DNA of 32,000 bases from Patescibacteria group bacterium (GCA_041662745.1 JBAZRV010000006.1:1-32000), one strand, 5' to 3'; positions 6,027-13,376 are shown, numbered from the stretch's first letter. Made by a program: numbers and translations. The notes: a model not told the origin generated them from the letters alone.

Positions 6027-7347
6027 AAAAACATTAAACGCCCTAATCGCGCTATATCTTTTCCTGTTGCCTTGGCAGGCGGTTTATATTTTTGCCGAAA
6101 ATTTTATCAACGGAGCCAAGTGGCAATACGGTACGGGACAGATCTATTTGACGGAACCGCTCTTGTGGCTGATAGCGCTGATTTTCGTCAGCGGCCGAAT
6201 CAACAGCCGAGGCCTTAAATCGCTTGTTCCCGACTTTAAACTTTTAAAATCGGCGGATAAAAAAAGAATGGCGATAACTTCGGCCATCTGGCTGTTCGTT
6301 CTTTGGTCGGGACTGTCTATCCTTTGGTCGCCGGAAAAACCGGCGGCCTGTTACTTATGGCTGCATCTGCTAGAGGGCGCCGCTCTAATGCTTATAATTC
6401 TCAACTCCGGCTGGCGCTTGAAAAACCTTCTCTGGCCCCTGATCGCCTCAGCCGGGCCAATCGCACTGCTGGCCGTCTGGCAATTCCTGACGCAAAATAG
6501 CCTTGCCAACACGCTTCTGGGCCTTTCGCCGCACTCAGCCGCGATTTTGGGCGACACGGTCATTGAAACGGACGTCGGCCGCTGGCTTAGGGCTTACGGA
6601 CCGTTTTCCCACCCCAATATCTTGGGCGGCTATCTGGCGTTAACGCTGAGCGCTGTCTTGATTTTATGGCAAGAAATCGCTTGGTCGTCCTTCCCTTCGC
6701 TTAAACGGGAAAGCCAGCGGATTTTTCTGCTGGTTGTCATCTGCCTGATTTCCGCCAGCTTATTCTTTTCTTTCTCCCGTTCCGCCTGGCTGGCAGCTTT
6801 GATTATTTTAATGATCTGTCTGGGTTATTGGCTGAAAAATAAAAAACTTTGGCCGCAATATCTCGCCATCATACTGGCTCCGCTTCTGATTTTTGCTACC
6901 TTATCTTTTATCTTTAATCCGTTAGTCCTGGCCAGAGCCGACTTGGCCGGCCGGTTGGAAAACAACTCCTTGGCAGAACGCGAGACGCAAGTTTCCCAAG
7001 CGCTCGGCTTGATTAAAAATCAACCGCTACTTGGCGCAGGACTGAATAATTACACTTACGCCCTGCATCGGCAATCACCCTTGTCGCCGGCGTATTCGTT
7101 ACAGCCGGTTCACAATCTTTATCTTCTTATCCTGGCCGAACTGGGGGTTATCGGGCTGATTATTAGTCTTGTTTTGTTTTATCTGATTATCAAGAACAGC
7201 AAAAAATCCTTTGCTCTATTGCCACTGACCGCCCTGTTGATTATCAGTTTATTTGACCATTACTTTTTCACCCAATATATCGGCCTGATGATTTTTTGGC
7301 TGGCCTTGACGCTGGCGCTGGTTGATGATAAAGTAGAAAACCAGTAG
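6019..7347 (+). CDS. O-antigen ligase / O-antigen polymerase family (Wzy_C-like) polytopic membrane protein
   Basis: About 10 or more hydrophobic helices. Family-typical FSFSRSAWLAALIIL loop region and GAGLNNY motif. Confidence 0.85.
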   Translation: MLKKTLNALIALYLFLLPWQAVYIFAENFINGAKWQYGTGQIYLTEPLLWLIALIFVSGRINSRGLKSLVPDFKLLKSADKKRMAITSAIWLFVLWSGLSILWSPEKPAACYLWLHLLEGAALMLIILNSGWRLKNLLWPLIASAGPIALLAVWQFLTQNSLANTLLGLSPHSAAILGDTVIETDVGRWLRAYGPFSHPNILGGYLALTLSAVLILWQEIAWSSFPSLKRESQRIFLLVVICLISASLFFSFSRSAWLAALIILMICLGYWLKNKKLWPQYLAIILAPLLIFATLSFIFNPLVLARADLAGRLENNSLAERETQVSQALGLIKNQPLLGAGLNNYTYALHRQSPLSPAYSLQPVHNLYLLILAELGVIGLIISLVLFYLIIKNSKKSFALLPLTALLIISLFDHYFFTQYIGLMIFWLALTLALVDDKVENQ

Positions 7348-7384
7348 AACCTTGCAAACTCAAAACTTACGGAAAGGAGGAATC

Positions 7385-7987
7385 ATGATCGGATTCTCTT
7401 TGCCATCACCGGTGCTGGAAAGACTGTTTGAAAGGCGGATACTGGAAATCTCCGGAGGGGTGGACGCGGAAATGGGCGATTATATCCGAACCGCTTTTTC
7501 CCGGCTGATCGCTGAAGGCGCGCCCGATATTGTGATTCTTTTTACTTCCACCGGCGGAAGCGCGGAACGCGGTTTGGAAATATACGACATACTCAAATCC
7601 TACCCCGGGAAAAAAACCGGGGTGGTAATCGCTTTCGCCCAATCCATGGCCGCGATTATCCTGCAGGCTTGCGATCGCCGGCTGATCCTGCCGCACGCGA
7701 CCATCTTGGTCCACAATCCCAACCCCGCCGATTCCGGAAAGAGAATAAAATTCCACATGTTCAGGGACGGCACTTTGATGGACGAAGTTTATTCCCATCT
7801 GGAAAAAACCAGACAAAAATTCATTGATATTATTGCCAGCCGAGCCACGAAAAAAACCGCTGAAGAAATAGCAGATTTACTGGATGCGGACAGGGATCTG
7901 TCAGCCGATGAGGCTATCGCCTTCGGCTTGGCCGACGGCCTGATAGAAAACTTAAGCGATTTGTCCGGAAACGGCCGGCCTGATTGA
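7385..7987 (+). CDS. Divergent ClpP-like (S14 family) serine protease subunit
   Basis: Matches to the ClpP Ser, His and Asp regions: FTSTGGSAERGLEIYDIL, AFAQSMAAIIL (Ser), ILPHATILVHNP (His), DRDLSADEAIAFGLADGLI (Asp). The ATG at 7385 is chosen over the track start at 7352 because of the SD AAAGGAGGAATC. Confidence 0.8.
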   Translation: MIGFSLPSPVLERLFERRILEISGGVDAEMGDYIRTAFSRLIAEGAPDIVILFTSTGGSAERGLEIYDILKSYPGKKTGVVIAFAQSMAAIILQACDRRLILPHATILVHNPNPADSGKRIKFHMFRDGTLMDEVYSHLEKTRQKFIDIIASRATKKTAEEIADLLDADRDLSADEAIAFGLADGLIENLSDLSGNGRPD

Positions 7988-7997
7988 ACCTTTTATG

Positions 7998-8031
7998 CTC
8001 CGGATTGCCAAAGTGGCGACTCGGAGTTTTT
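7998..8031 (+). terminator. Probable rho-independent terminator
   Basis: CTCCG (7998-8002) pairs with CGGAG (8022-8026), with an inner GCCA/TGGC helix. TTTTTGTTT follows. Confidence 0.55.
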
Positions 8032-8107
8032 GTTTGACTTAATCGCTCCGGCTTGCTAAAATCGCCACAGCATCAAGAACTTTAAAATAACCATAGGGAG
8101 AGAATAA

Positions 8108-9037
8108 ATGCTTAGAAAACCGCAATTGGCCAGATTTTACATTAACTGGAATGATCTTAATGAACACAATCTGATGCATCGGATTCTGCTCGGCTTGGAG
8201 AATATCACTACCGTTGAAAAATATAAATTACAATTTATAGACAGCTTGCCGTCAACGGTCAATGATTTTTGGCATAATAGCCACCACGGCCTCAGGCACT
8301 CTTTCCTGGTCCACAATCGCGCTCTGGAATTACTGGAACAATTTCCTTTATTGAAACGGCATTGTTTGGATATGATTTTTGATGAGACGCCGGAAAAAAG
8401 CGAGGAGAAAATCAAAGCGCTGCTAACTTGGGCGGCGATCTTGCATGATTTCGGCAGATGTTTGGGATTTTCTTTTGGCGAACATCAGGAGTTTGGCGCC
8501 AACTTGGCAAGATGCTGTTTTATGGACGATGAGGACGAAGAAGTGGTGGCCATGTCCCAGCGATTATACAATCTGATCGCCAATCACGATTATCTCAGGC
8601 CGGAAATAGACGGCAAAAAATTCCCGGACATATTCTTTATTGAACCGCTGGCCGAAATCTTACGTTTAGCCGACAAAATTTCAATCGCGCCGGCCGAGGA
8701 AATGCTTCGCTATTATCAGACCGGCCGGCAAGTCAAAACCGCTTTCTATAACCCCGCCATTACCGATGATGTCCGATTTGATTTCGCCCGTCAAGGCGGC
8801 GAACGCGATATGGTCGGCTACGCCTTTAATCTGTTCCTGCTCCAACCGCAAGATTTCTTTTATCGGGAAACGGCCGAAGCTTACGCCCAGTGGTCCAGGG
8901 GGAAGCTTGAGGCTTTCCAAGAGCTGATCCGGCAAGCCCGCGAAGAAGAAAACTTAAGTCCCCAAAAAATCCTGGAAATCCATGCCATCATTAAACGCGG
9001 CCACGAACGCCTGAATATTCCTTTCTGTTTCGGCTGA
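8108..9037 (+). CDS. HD-domain metal-dependent phosphohydrolase family protein
   Basis: H...HD...D pattern: GLRHSFLVH, WAAILHDFGR, LRLADKIS. SD GGGAGAGAATAA-ATG. Confidence 0.75.
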   Translation: MLRKPQLARFYINWNDLNEHNLMHRILLGLENITTVEKYKLQFIDSLPSTVNDFWHNSHHGLRHSFLVHNRALELLEQFPLLKRHCLDMIFDETPEKSEEKIKALLTWAAILHDFGRCLGFSFGEHQEFGANLARCCFMDDEDEEVVAMSQRLYNLIANHDYLRPEIDGKKFPDIFFIEPLAEILRLADKISIAPAEEMLRYYQTGRQVKTAFYNPAITDDVRFDFARQGGERDMVGYAFNLFLLQPQDFFYRETAEAYAQWSRGKLEAFQELIRQAREEENLSPQKILEIHAIIKRGHERLNIPFCFG

Positions 9038-9065
9038 TTAATTTTAACTGCCAGCACCTTGACCG

Positions 9066-9088
9066 CTCCGACCTAGTCGGAGTTTTTT
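9066..9088 (+). terminator. Rho-independent terminator
   Basis: CTCCGAC-CTA-GTCGGAG followed by TTTTTT. Confidence 0.8.
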
Positions 9089-9194
9089 ATTATCATCTTT
9101 TCAGTTATAGTCAGTTATATTTATTTGGAATTGAACAGCATTGCTTTAATCTCCAAAAAACATTAAAATTAACTTAACAAACCGAGTTATTTTT

Positions 9195-10049
9195 ATGCCT
9201 GATTATCCCAAAATCGGCGCGCATATATCCGCCGCCGTTAATATCAGCCAAGCGCCCCGGCGCGCCTGGAAAGCCGGCTGCGAATGTTTCCAATTCTTTT
9301 CCCGATCGCCCCAAGGCGGTCCGACCAAAGAGCTGACGGAACAAACGGTCGCTGACTTTAAAGCCGACTGCGAAAAATATAAATTGGAAAGTTATCTCCA
9401 TAGCCCTTATTATATCAATCTGGCTTCGGCCAAAAACAATATTTACTACGGGTCTATCAGCGCCCTGCGCGAGGAACTGGAACGCGGATCGTTGCTGGGC
9501 GTCAAATACATGATGGCGCATTTGGGCAGCGCCAAAGATTTAGGAAAAAAGGCGGGGATGAAAAGAGTTGCGGAAGGATTGGAAAAAGTCTTGGCCGGCT
9601 ATAAGGGCAAAACGGAATTTCTGATTGAGCTGTCGGCCGGAGCGGGAGCGATCATTGGCGACACCTTTGAAGAAATCGCCAAAATCGTTAATTCGCCACG
9701 GCTTAGAAAGCATCAAATCGGCATCTGCTTTGACACCTGCCACGCCTTCGCTTCGGGCTATGATTTGCGGACGGAACAAGCGGTCAAAAAAACCTTTAAA
9801 AAATTTGATCAGATCCTGGGACTGAAACGGCTCAAGCTTATCCACGCCAATGACTCGCAAACCGGACTGGGCAGCCACAAAGACAGGCATGAGCATATCG
9901 GCCAAGGCCAAATCGGACTGGCCGGATTCAGGGCCATCGTTAAATTCGCCGAAAAGCAAAAAATCAACCTGATCTTAGAAACTCCCGACGGAAACGATCG
10001 CGTTAAAGACATAAAAATGCTGAAAAAAATAAAAAAACAAGCCAAATGA
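9195..10049 (+). CDS. nfo: Deoxyribonuclease IV (AP endonuclease, Nfo family)
   Basis: IGAHISAA, HSPYYINLAS, MAHLGS, LIELSAG, CFDTCHAFASGYD, IHANDS...GSHKDRHEHIGQGQIG. Confidence 0.92.
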   Translation: MPDYPKIGAHISAAVNISQAPRRAWKAGCECFQFFSRSPQGGPTKELTEQTVADFKADCEKYKLESYLHSPYYINLASAKNNIYYGSISALREELERGSLLGVKYMMAHLGSAKDLGKKAGMKRVAEGLEKVLAGYKGKTEFLIELSAGAGAIIGDTFEEIAKIVNSPRLRKHQIGICFDTCHAFASGYDLRTEQAVKKTFKKFDQILGLKRLKLIHANDSQTGLGSHKDRHEHIGQGQIGLAGFRAIVKFAEKQKINLILETPDGNDRVKDIKMLKKIKKQAK

Positions 10050-10546
10050 AAATAGCCATTATTTCCGACACCCACGACAATGCCGTCAACACGGAAAAAT
10101 TCCTGTCTTGGGCCAAAGACAATCAAATAGAAAAAATCATCCATTGCGGCGATATTGCCACACCGTCAATGATTGCAGAACTGTTCGGTCCGGCCGGCAT
10201 TGATTTCCACTGCGTTTTCGGCAACGTGGCCGATCGCGATCTGTTGCCGCAAGTCTGCAAAAAATTTCCTCACGCCGAATGTTACGGCGACCAAGGAGAA
10301 ATCAACCCTGATAACATCAGCCTGGCTTTCTGCCATCAGCCGAATGAAGCCAAGGCCTTGGCGGCTGCGGGAAAGTATCAAATGGTTTTTTACGGCCACA
10401 CCCATAAGCCCTGGCTGGAGACGCTTCCAAACGGCTGCCAATTGGCCAACCCCGGCACTCTGGGCGGATTGTTCCAAAAAGCCACCTTCGCCGTACTGGA
10501 TACGTCAACAAAAAACATTGAGTTGAAAGTTTTGGAACTGCTTTGA
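10046..10546 (+). CDS. YfcE/MJ0936-type metallophosphoesterase
   Basis: MKIAIISDTHDN, IHCGDI, GNVADRD, YGHTHKP. The ATGA start overlaps the nfo stop. Confidence 0.88.
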   Translation: MKIAIISDTHDNAVNTEKFLSWAKDNQIEKIIHCGDIATPSMIAELFGPAGIDFHCVFGNVADRDLLPQVCKKFPHAECYGDQGEINPDNISLAFCHQPNEAKALAAAGKYQMVFYGHTHKPWLETLPNGCQLANPGTLGGLFQKATFAVLDTSTKNIELKVLELL

Positions 10547-10547
10547 T

Positions 10548-10766
10548 ATGCAACTACTTATTGAAGTCAAACCCAACAGCAAACAGGAAGCGGTGGAAAA
10601 AATCACCGACTCAGTTTATAAAATCCGCGTCCGCGCTCCGGCCCGGGAAGGCCGGGCCAACGAAGCGGTAATAAGAATCCTGGCCGATCACTTCAAGGTG
10701 GCTAAAAGCCTAATTCGGATAAAAACCGGCAAAACCTCCCGAACCAAGGTTGTAACGGTCGGCTAA
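10548..10766 (+). CDS. DUF167 (YggU-like) family protein, 72 aa
   Basis: VRAPAREGRANEAVIRILADHFKV...IKTGKTSRTKVV matches my recollection of the DUF167 core. The start lies 1 nt after the upstream stop. Confidence 0.8.
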   Translation: MQLLIEVKPNSKQEAVEKITDSVYKIRVRAPAREGRANEAVIRILADHFKVAKSLIRIKTGKTSRTKVVTVG

Positions 10767-10786
10767 GCCCTCGCCAAGCCCTCCAT

Positions 10787-10815
10787 TTGCCTCTGAGAGC
10801 GGCTTAGGGTATAAT
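10787..10815 (+). promoter_or_regulatory. Candidate promoter in the ORF-free gap
   Basis: TTGCCT (10787-10792), a 17-nt spacer, then TATAAT (10810-10815). Confidence 0.5.
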
Positions 10816-10857
10816 AATAACAGAGTACCACAAAATTCAGTGGCATTAAATAAAGAT

Positions 10858-10884
10858 TAGCTAATTTTAGCTATTTTTTGTTTT
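10858..10884 (+). terminator. Weak AT-rich terminator-like hairpin. With the promoter at 10787 it would define a transcript of about 60 nt.
   Basis: TAGCTA-ATTT-TAGCTA (10858-10873) followed by TTTTTTGTTTT. Confidence 0.35.
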
Positions 10885-10910
10885 AATAAAAAACTTTTTA
10901 AACTGGGCTA

Positions 10911-10939
10911 TTGACTTTAGGCAAAATTTTTGATACAAT
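10911..10939 (+). promoter_or_regulatory. Sigma70-type promoter in the ORF-free gap
   Basis: TTGACT (10911-10916), a 17-nt spacer, then TACAAT (10934-10939) with an extended TG. Confidence 0.6.
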
Positions 10940-10980
10940 AGTCTATTGCGCATGTTGAATTTAATGCTGGAATTTCTGCA

Positions 10981-11001
10981 GGCACGACAAGCATAGGAAT
11001 T
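10981..11001 (+). repeat. Direct repeat copy 1, GGCACGACAAGCATAGGAATT
   Basis: 20 of 21 positions identical to 11227-11247. Confidence 0.85.
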
Positions 11002-11226
11002 ATGCAGAGGATCTTCTCGGCTTTCAGCTCGGAATTTGCCTTTGGATATTTTCTTTGTCTGCAGTAACTCCGGCAGTAAATGCGGTTCTGCGGGCCAGCC
11101 AAGCTTCGCTTGGTGTAAGAACATCTTCAAAATTTGTCACCTTCCATTAAACAAAACTTTGAGAAAGTTTTTATTTCGCCGCAACTCTTCTGGAGTCGCG
11201 GTTTGCCAGGCGGGCTGTTTCGGCTA

Positions 11227-11247
11227 GGCACGACAAGCATGGGAATT
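11227..11247 (+). repeat. Direct repeat copy 2, GGCACGACAAGCATGGGAATT
   Basis: 20 of 21 positions identical to 10981-11001. It lies in the apical part of the long 11212-11319 helix. Confidence 0.85.
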
Positions 11248-11365
11248 CTTTATCAGTTTCGTTTGGGTTTCGACTCGAACGATGCTAATAAAAATTTTCT
11301 TGCCTAGCCAAATCAGCCCGAGTGGCGCAACTTTTTGGCCCGTGGAACCACGTTTATTGCCAATT

Positions 11366-11397
11366 AAAAAACATCCGATATTACCGGGTGTTTTTTC
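11366..11397. terminator. Bidirectional rho-independent terminator (A-run, hairpin, T-run). It serves lgt on the minus strand and the gap transcript on the plus strand.
   Basis: AAAAAA, then ACATCCG-ATATTAC-CGGGTGT, then TTTTTT. Confidence 0.75.
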
Positions 11398-11411
11398 GTA
11401 TCTTATTATTT

Positions 11412-11490
11412 GTCATTCCTGGCTTGACCAGGAATCCAGGTTATCTTGTCATCCCGGAAATTTATAACCAAATTATCCGGGATCTCTGAC
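11412..11490 (+). repeat. Palindromic repeat-element copy A (GTCATTCC-hairpin-GGAATCCAGGTTAT plus a GTCATCCCGG...CCGGGATCTCTGAC module)
   Basis: ATTCCTGG/CCAGGAAT and ATCCCGGA/TCCGGGAT stems. It shares GTCATTCC and GGAATCCAGGTTA termini with copies at 13285, 26695 and 28533. Confidence 0.7.
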
Positions 11491-11536
11491 TTAAAAAATA
11501 AAATTAATTTTTTAATACAAATCAAATGCAAATCTC

Positions 11537-12319
11537 TCAATGTTTTCTCTTATAAGAAAACGAGATTAACCCAATAATAATCAATGCAACACTAAACACC
11601 TGCGGGAAGCGAAAACCAAAGATCATGGCTGTCGCGTCAAACCGTAAAAACTCCATTATAAATCTGATCAGTCCGTAGCCAGCGAGATATAACGCCAAAT
11701 ATTGCCCCGACCGGAACAGCCTTTTTTTGAAAGAAAAAAACAATAATAAAAATAAACATAAACTCAACAACGATTCATACAAAAACAGCGGTTGGAAATA
11801 TTGGCTGGATGAATACTGTTCCGGCCGCAAGCTGGCCGGTATGGGTATGCCCCAAGGCAGGCCAGTGGGCCGGCCGAACAATTCCTGATTAAAATAATTG
11901 CCCCAACGCCCCAACGCCTGACCCAAGGGCAAGACCACGGCGGATAGATCCAGCCATGGCCAAACTGAACGTTTCTTCCGCCAACACCAGAAGAGCAAAA
12001 ATAAAATCCCGCCGATGATCGCGCCGTGGATCGCCATTCCTCCCTGCCAAACGGCGATAATCGCCTGCGGATGCCGGGAAAAATAAGCCCAGTCAACTAC
12101 CAGCACGTCATACAAACGCGCCCCGATAACCGCCCCGATAACCGCCCAGAAAGCCAACTCATAAATGTCATCGCTCTTATCGCCCTGGCGGCGCAACAAA
12201 TAAACCGCCACAGCTAAGCAAAGCAGGATAGCTGAAGCGATAATCAGGCCGTACCAATAAATATTAATGGGGCCAAAGGAAAAAACGATTCTGCCGGGGG
12301 TAAAATAATGGATGAACAT
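11537..12319 (-). CDS. lgt: Prolipoprotein diacylglyceryl transferase
   Basis: INIYWYGLIIASAILL, GARLYDV, GGMAIHGAIIGG, LGRWGNYFNQELFGRPT..PWGI, SQYFQPLFLYES. Confidence 0.92.
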   Translation of the reverse strand: MFIHYFTPGRIVFSFGPINIYWYGLIIASAILLCLAVAVYLLRRQGDKSDDIYELAFWAVIGAVIGARLYDVLVVDWAYFSRHPQAIIAVWQGGMAIHGAIIGGILFLLFWCWRKKRSVWPWLDLSAVVLPLGQALGRWGNYFNQELFGRPTGLPWGIPIPASLRPEQYSSSQYFQPLFLYESLLSLCLFLLLFFSFKKRLFRSGQYLALYLAGYGLIRFIMEFLRFDATAMIFGFRFPQVFSVALIIIGLISFSYKRKH

Positions 12320-12325
12320 GTCTTC

Positions 12326-12355
12326 ATTATACTATCCACACCCCCCTCTTGACAA
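12326..12355 (-). promoter_or_regulatory. lgt promoter, positioned for a leaderless mRNA
   Basis: The minus strand reads TTGTCA (12355-12350), an 18-nt spacer, TATAAT (12331-12326), then GAAGAC and the ATG at 12319. No room for an SD. Confidence 0.55.
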
Positions 12356-12377
12356 AAAAATTAAAGTGTGCTATAAT
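12349..12377 (+). promoter_or_regulatory. Consensus promoter for the small-protein operon. It diverges from the lgt promoter and overlaps its -35 element.
   Basis: TTGACA (12349-12354), a 17-nt spacer, then TATAAT (12372-12377) with an extended TG. Confidence 0.75.
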
Positions 12378-12475
12378 GGTATATTGATGATTCTAGGGGA
12401 AGTTCCTTAAATCACTATAACTAATGATGTCATGGATCCGCGGATAATGATTTAACAAACGAAGGAGAATACCCG

Positions 12476-12625
12476 ATGCCAAAAGACGAATGCCCGTTTT
12501 GTCAAAATAATCCCGAAAATATTACCGACGACGATTTTTGCCCCATGTGCGGGATCCCATCGCTACAGTACACCAAGTTTATTGAGGAAGAAATGGAAGA
12601 AAACGGTGAACTTGATCCGTACTGA
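12476..12625 (+). CDS. Small zinc-ribbon-like protein, 49 aa (MPKDECPFCQNNPENITDDDFCPMCGIPSLQYTKFIEEEMEENGELDPY)
   Basis: Not in the ORF track because it is under 60 aa. Strong SD (GAAGGAGAATACCCG-ATG). CxxC-12-CxxC cysteine pattern and an acidic tail. Promoter about 100 nt upstream. Confidence 0.6.
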   Translation: MPKDECPFCQNNPENITDDDFCPMCGIPSLQYTKFIEEEMEENGELDPY

Positions 12626-12666
12626 CAACCAGTCCGAAATTATAGCTCAAAGCCGGGAGAGATTGA

Positions 12667-12972
12667 ATGCCAAGAAAAAAACAATTGCGTCTTACTAGGC
12701 GTCCCGGGAAGTCGGCCTTCTGGATTTACGAGAAGGATTGGGAAGCCAGGCAGGGCCGGAGGATTCACTACAAGAGAAAACCCCTGGTCATCCAAGCGTA
12801 CAGTGAGAAACAGGCGGTGAGTTTCTATGTGCGGACTTTTCTGCGCCAGCGCGGGAAGAAAGCCATAGATACCGCCGAGAATTACTTCGCCCGTCTCGTG
12901 AAGGGCGGAGCAGTCGGATCGCAAACAGAGTTGCCGCATGAGTTGCCGCCTAAGCATAAGGCGACGCAATAG
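12667..12972 (+). CDS. Hypothetical highly basic protein, 101 aa
   Basis: GGGAGAGATTGA-ATG. Same strand as the upstream small ORF and followed by a strong + strand terminator. The antisense ORF 12640-12969 has neither signal. Confidence 0.6.
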   Translation: MPRKKQLRLTRRPGKSAFWIYEKDWEARQGRRIHYKRKPLVIQAYSEKQAVSFYVRTFLRQRGKKAIDTAENYFARLVKGGAVGSQTELPHELPPKHKATQ

Positions 12973-12988
12973 AATGTTTTTTCCTCAT

Positions 12989-13024
12989 CCCCCGCGAACG
13001 CGTTTCGCGGGGGAATTTATTTTC
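12989..13024 (+). terminator. Rho-independent terminator
   Basis: CCCCCGCGAA (12989-12998) pairs with TTCGCGGGGG (13004-13013) and is followed by AATTTATTTT. Confidence 0.8.
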
Positions 13025-13062
13025 CTTATATTGTATTTGCATTATATTTACATTTAAAAAAT

Positions 13063-13201
13063 GCGGCCATTGAAAATATTGCGCCAATTTTCAGTGTCCG
13101 TCACAGACGGACCGTGCGGACACGAAAAATTTTCGCAAGCGCAGCGTCAGAAAATTTAAGTGGGCGCAACTGAAAATTTGGCCATGATTTTTAGCGGCCG
13201 C
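13063..13201. repeat. Imperfect 33-bp inverted-repeat pair flanking a 73-bp core that holds further hairpins (MITE-like or a large stem-loop)
   Basis: Arm 13063-13095 matches the reverse complement of 13169-13201 at 25 of 33 positions by hand alignment. The core contains GTCCGTC-ACA-GACGGAC and CGTG-CGGA-CACG. Confidence 0.6.
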
Positions 13202-13212
13202 GACTCTTTGGT

Positions 13213-13238
13213 GATACTTTTCTCTAGAGAAAAGTATC
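13213..13238. repeat. Perfect 26-bp palindrome GATACTTTTCTCTAGAGAAAAGTATC
   Basis: Read directly. The reverse complement is identical. Confidence 0.9.
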
Positions 13239-13284
13239 GTGAAAATTAAACCCCTCATAATCTCCTCTTCCATAAGGGGTAGAA

Positions 13285-13337
13285 ATAACCTGGATTCCCG
13301 CCCTTGCCTGCCGGCAGGCAAGGTACATGGGAATGAC
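13285..13337 (-). repeat. Palindromic repeat-element copy B (reverse orientation), enclosing a perfect 22-bp palindrome CCTTGCCTGCCGGCAGGCAAGG
   Basis: The reverse complement reads GTCATTCCC...GCGGGAATCCAGGTTAT. The palindrome is at 13302-13323. The CCTGCCGGCAGGCA core recurs at 28590-28603. Confidence 0.75.
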
Positions 13338-13347
13338 AACTCTGATA

Positions 13348-13376
13348 TTGACATTTCTCTTTAAATGCTATATAAT
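13348..13376 (+). promoter_or_regulatory. Consensus promoter for rpsO-pnp
   Basis: TTGACA (13348-13353), a 17-nt spacer, then TATAAT (13371-13376). Confidence 0.8.

Larger units (their letters stand above)
10946..11397 (+). ncRNA. Candidate non-coding transcript(s), about 230-450 nt, class unknown
   Basis: A promoter lies upstream. No SD-preceded ORF is present. Local hairpins include CCAAG-CTTCG-CTTGG. A 19-position helix forms between 11212-11230 and 11301-11319. A strong terminator lies at 11371-11397. Confidence 0.35.

Noticed and set aside
7352-7384. N-terminal extension of the ClpP-like ORF, from the track start at 7352
   Set aside because: The ATG at 7385 is preceded by AAAGGAGG at ideal spacing. 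The upstream start is a non-ATG codon with no SD.
10981-11247. Possible CRISPR array, suggested by the repeated GGCACGACAAGCATRGGAATT
   Set aside because: Only two copies, about 246 bp apart, which is far too wide for a CRISPR spacer. No cas genes are present in the window, and the flanks share partial similarity like a duplication.
10867-11467. Track ORFs in the DUF167-lgt gap (10867-11130 -, 10917-11102 -, 11036-11227 +, 11282-11467 +)
   Set aside because: No SDs. Cys/Phe/Lys-rich random-looking translations. They overlap promoters, the repeat copies and the palindromic element. Treated as non-coding.
12640-12969. 109-aa minus-strand ORF antisense to the basic 101-aa ORF
   Set aside because: It has no SD or promoter on the minus strand. 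The strong terminator at 12989-13024 and the upstream operon context favour the + strand. Both frames stay open because the segment is GC-rich. The strand call remains the less certain part.
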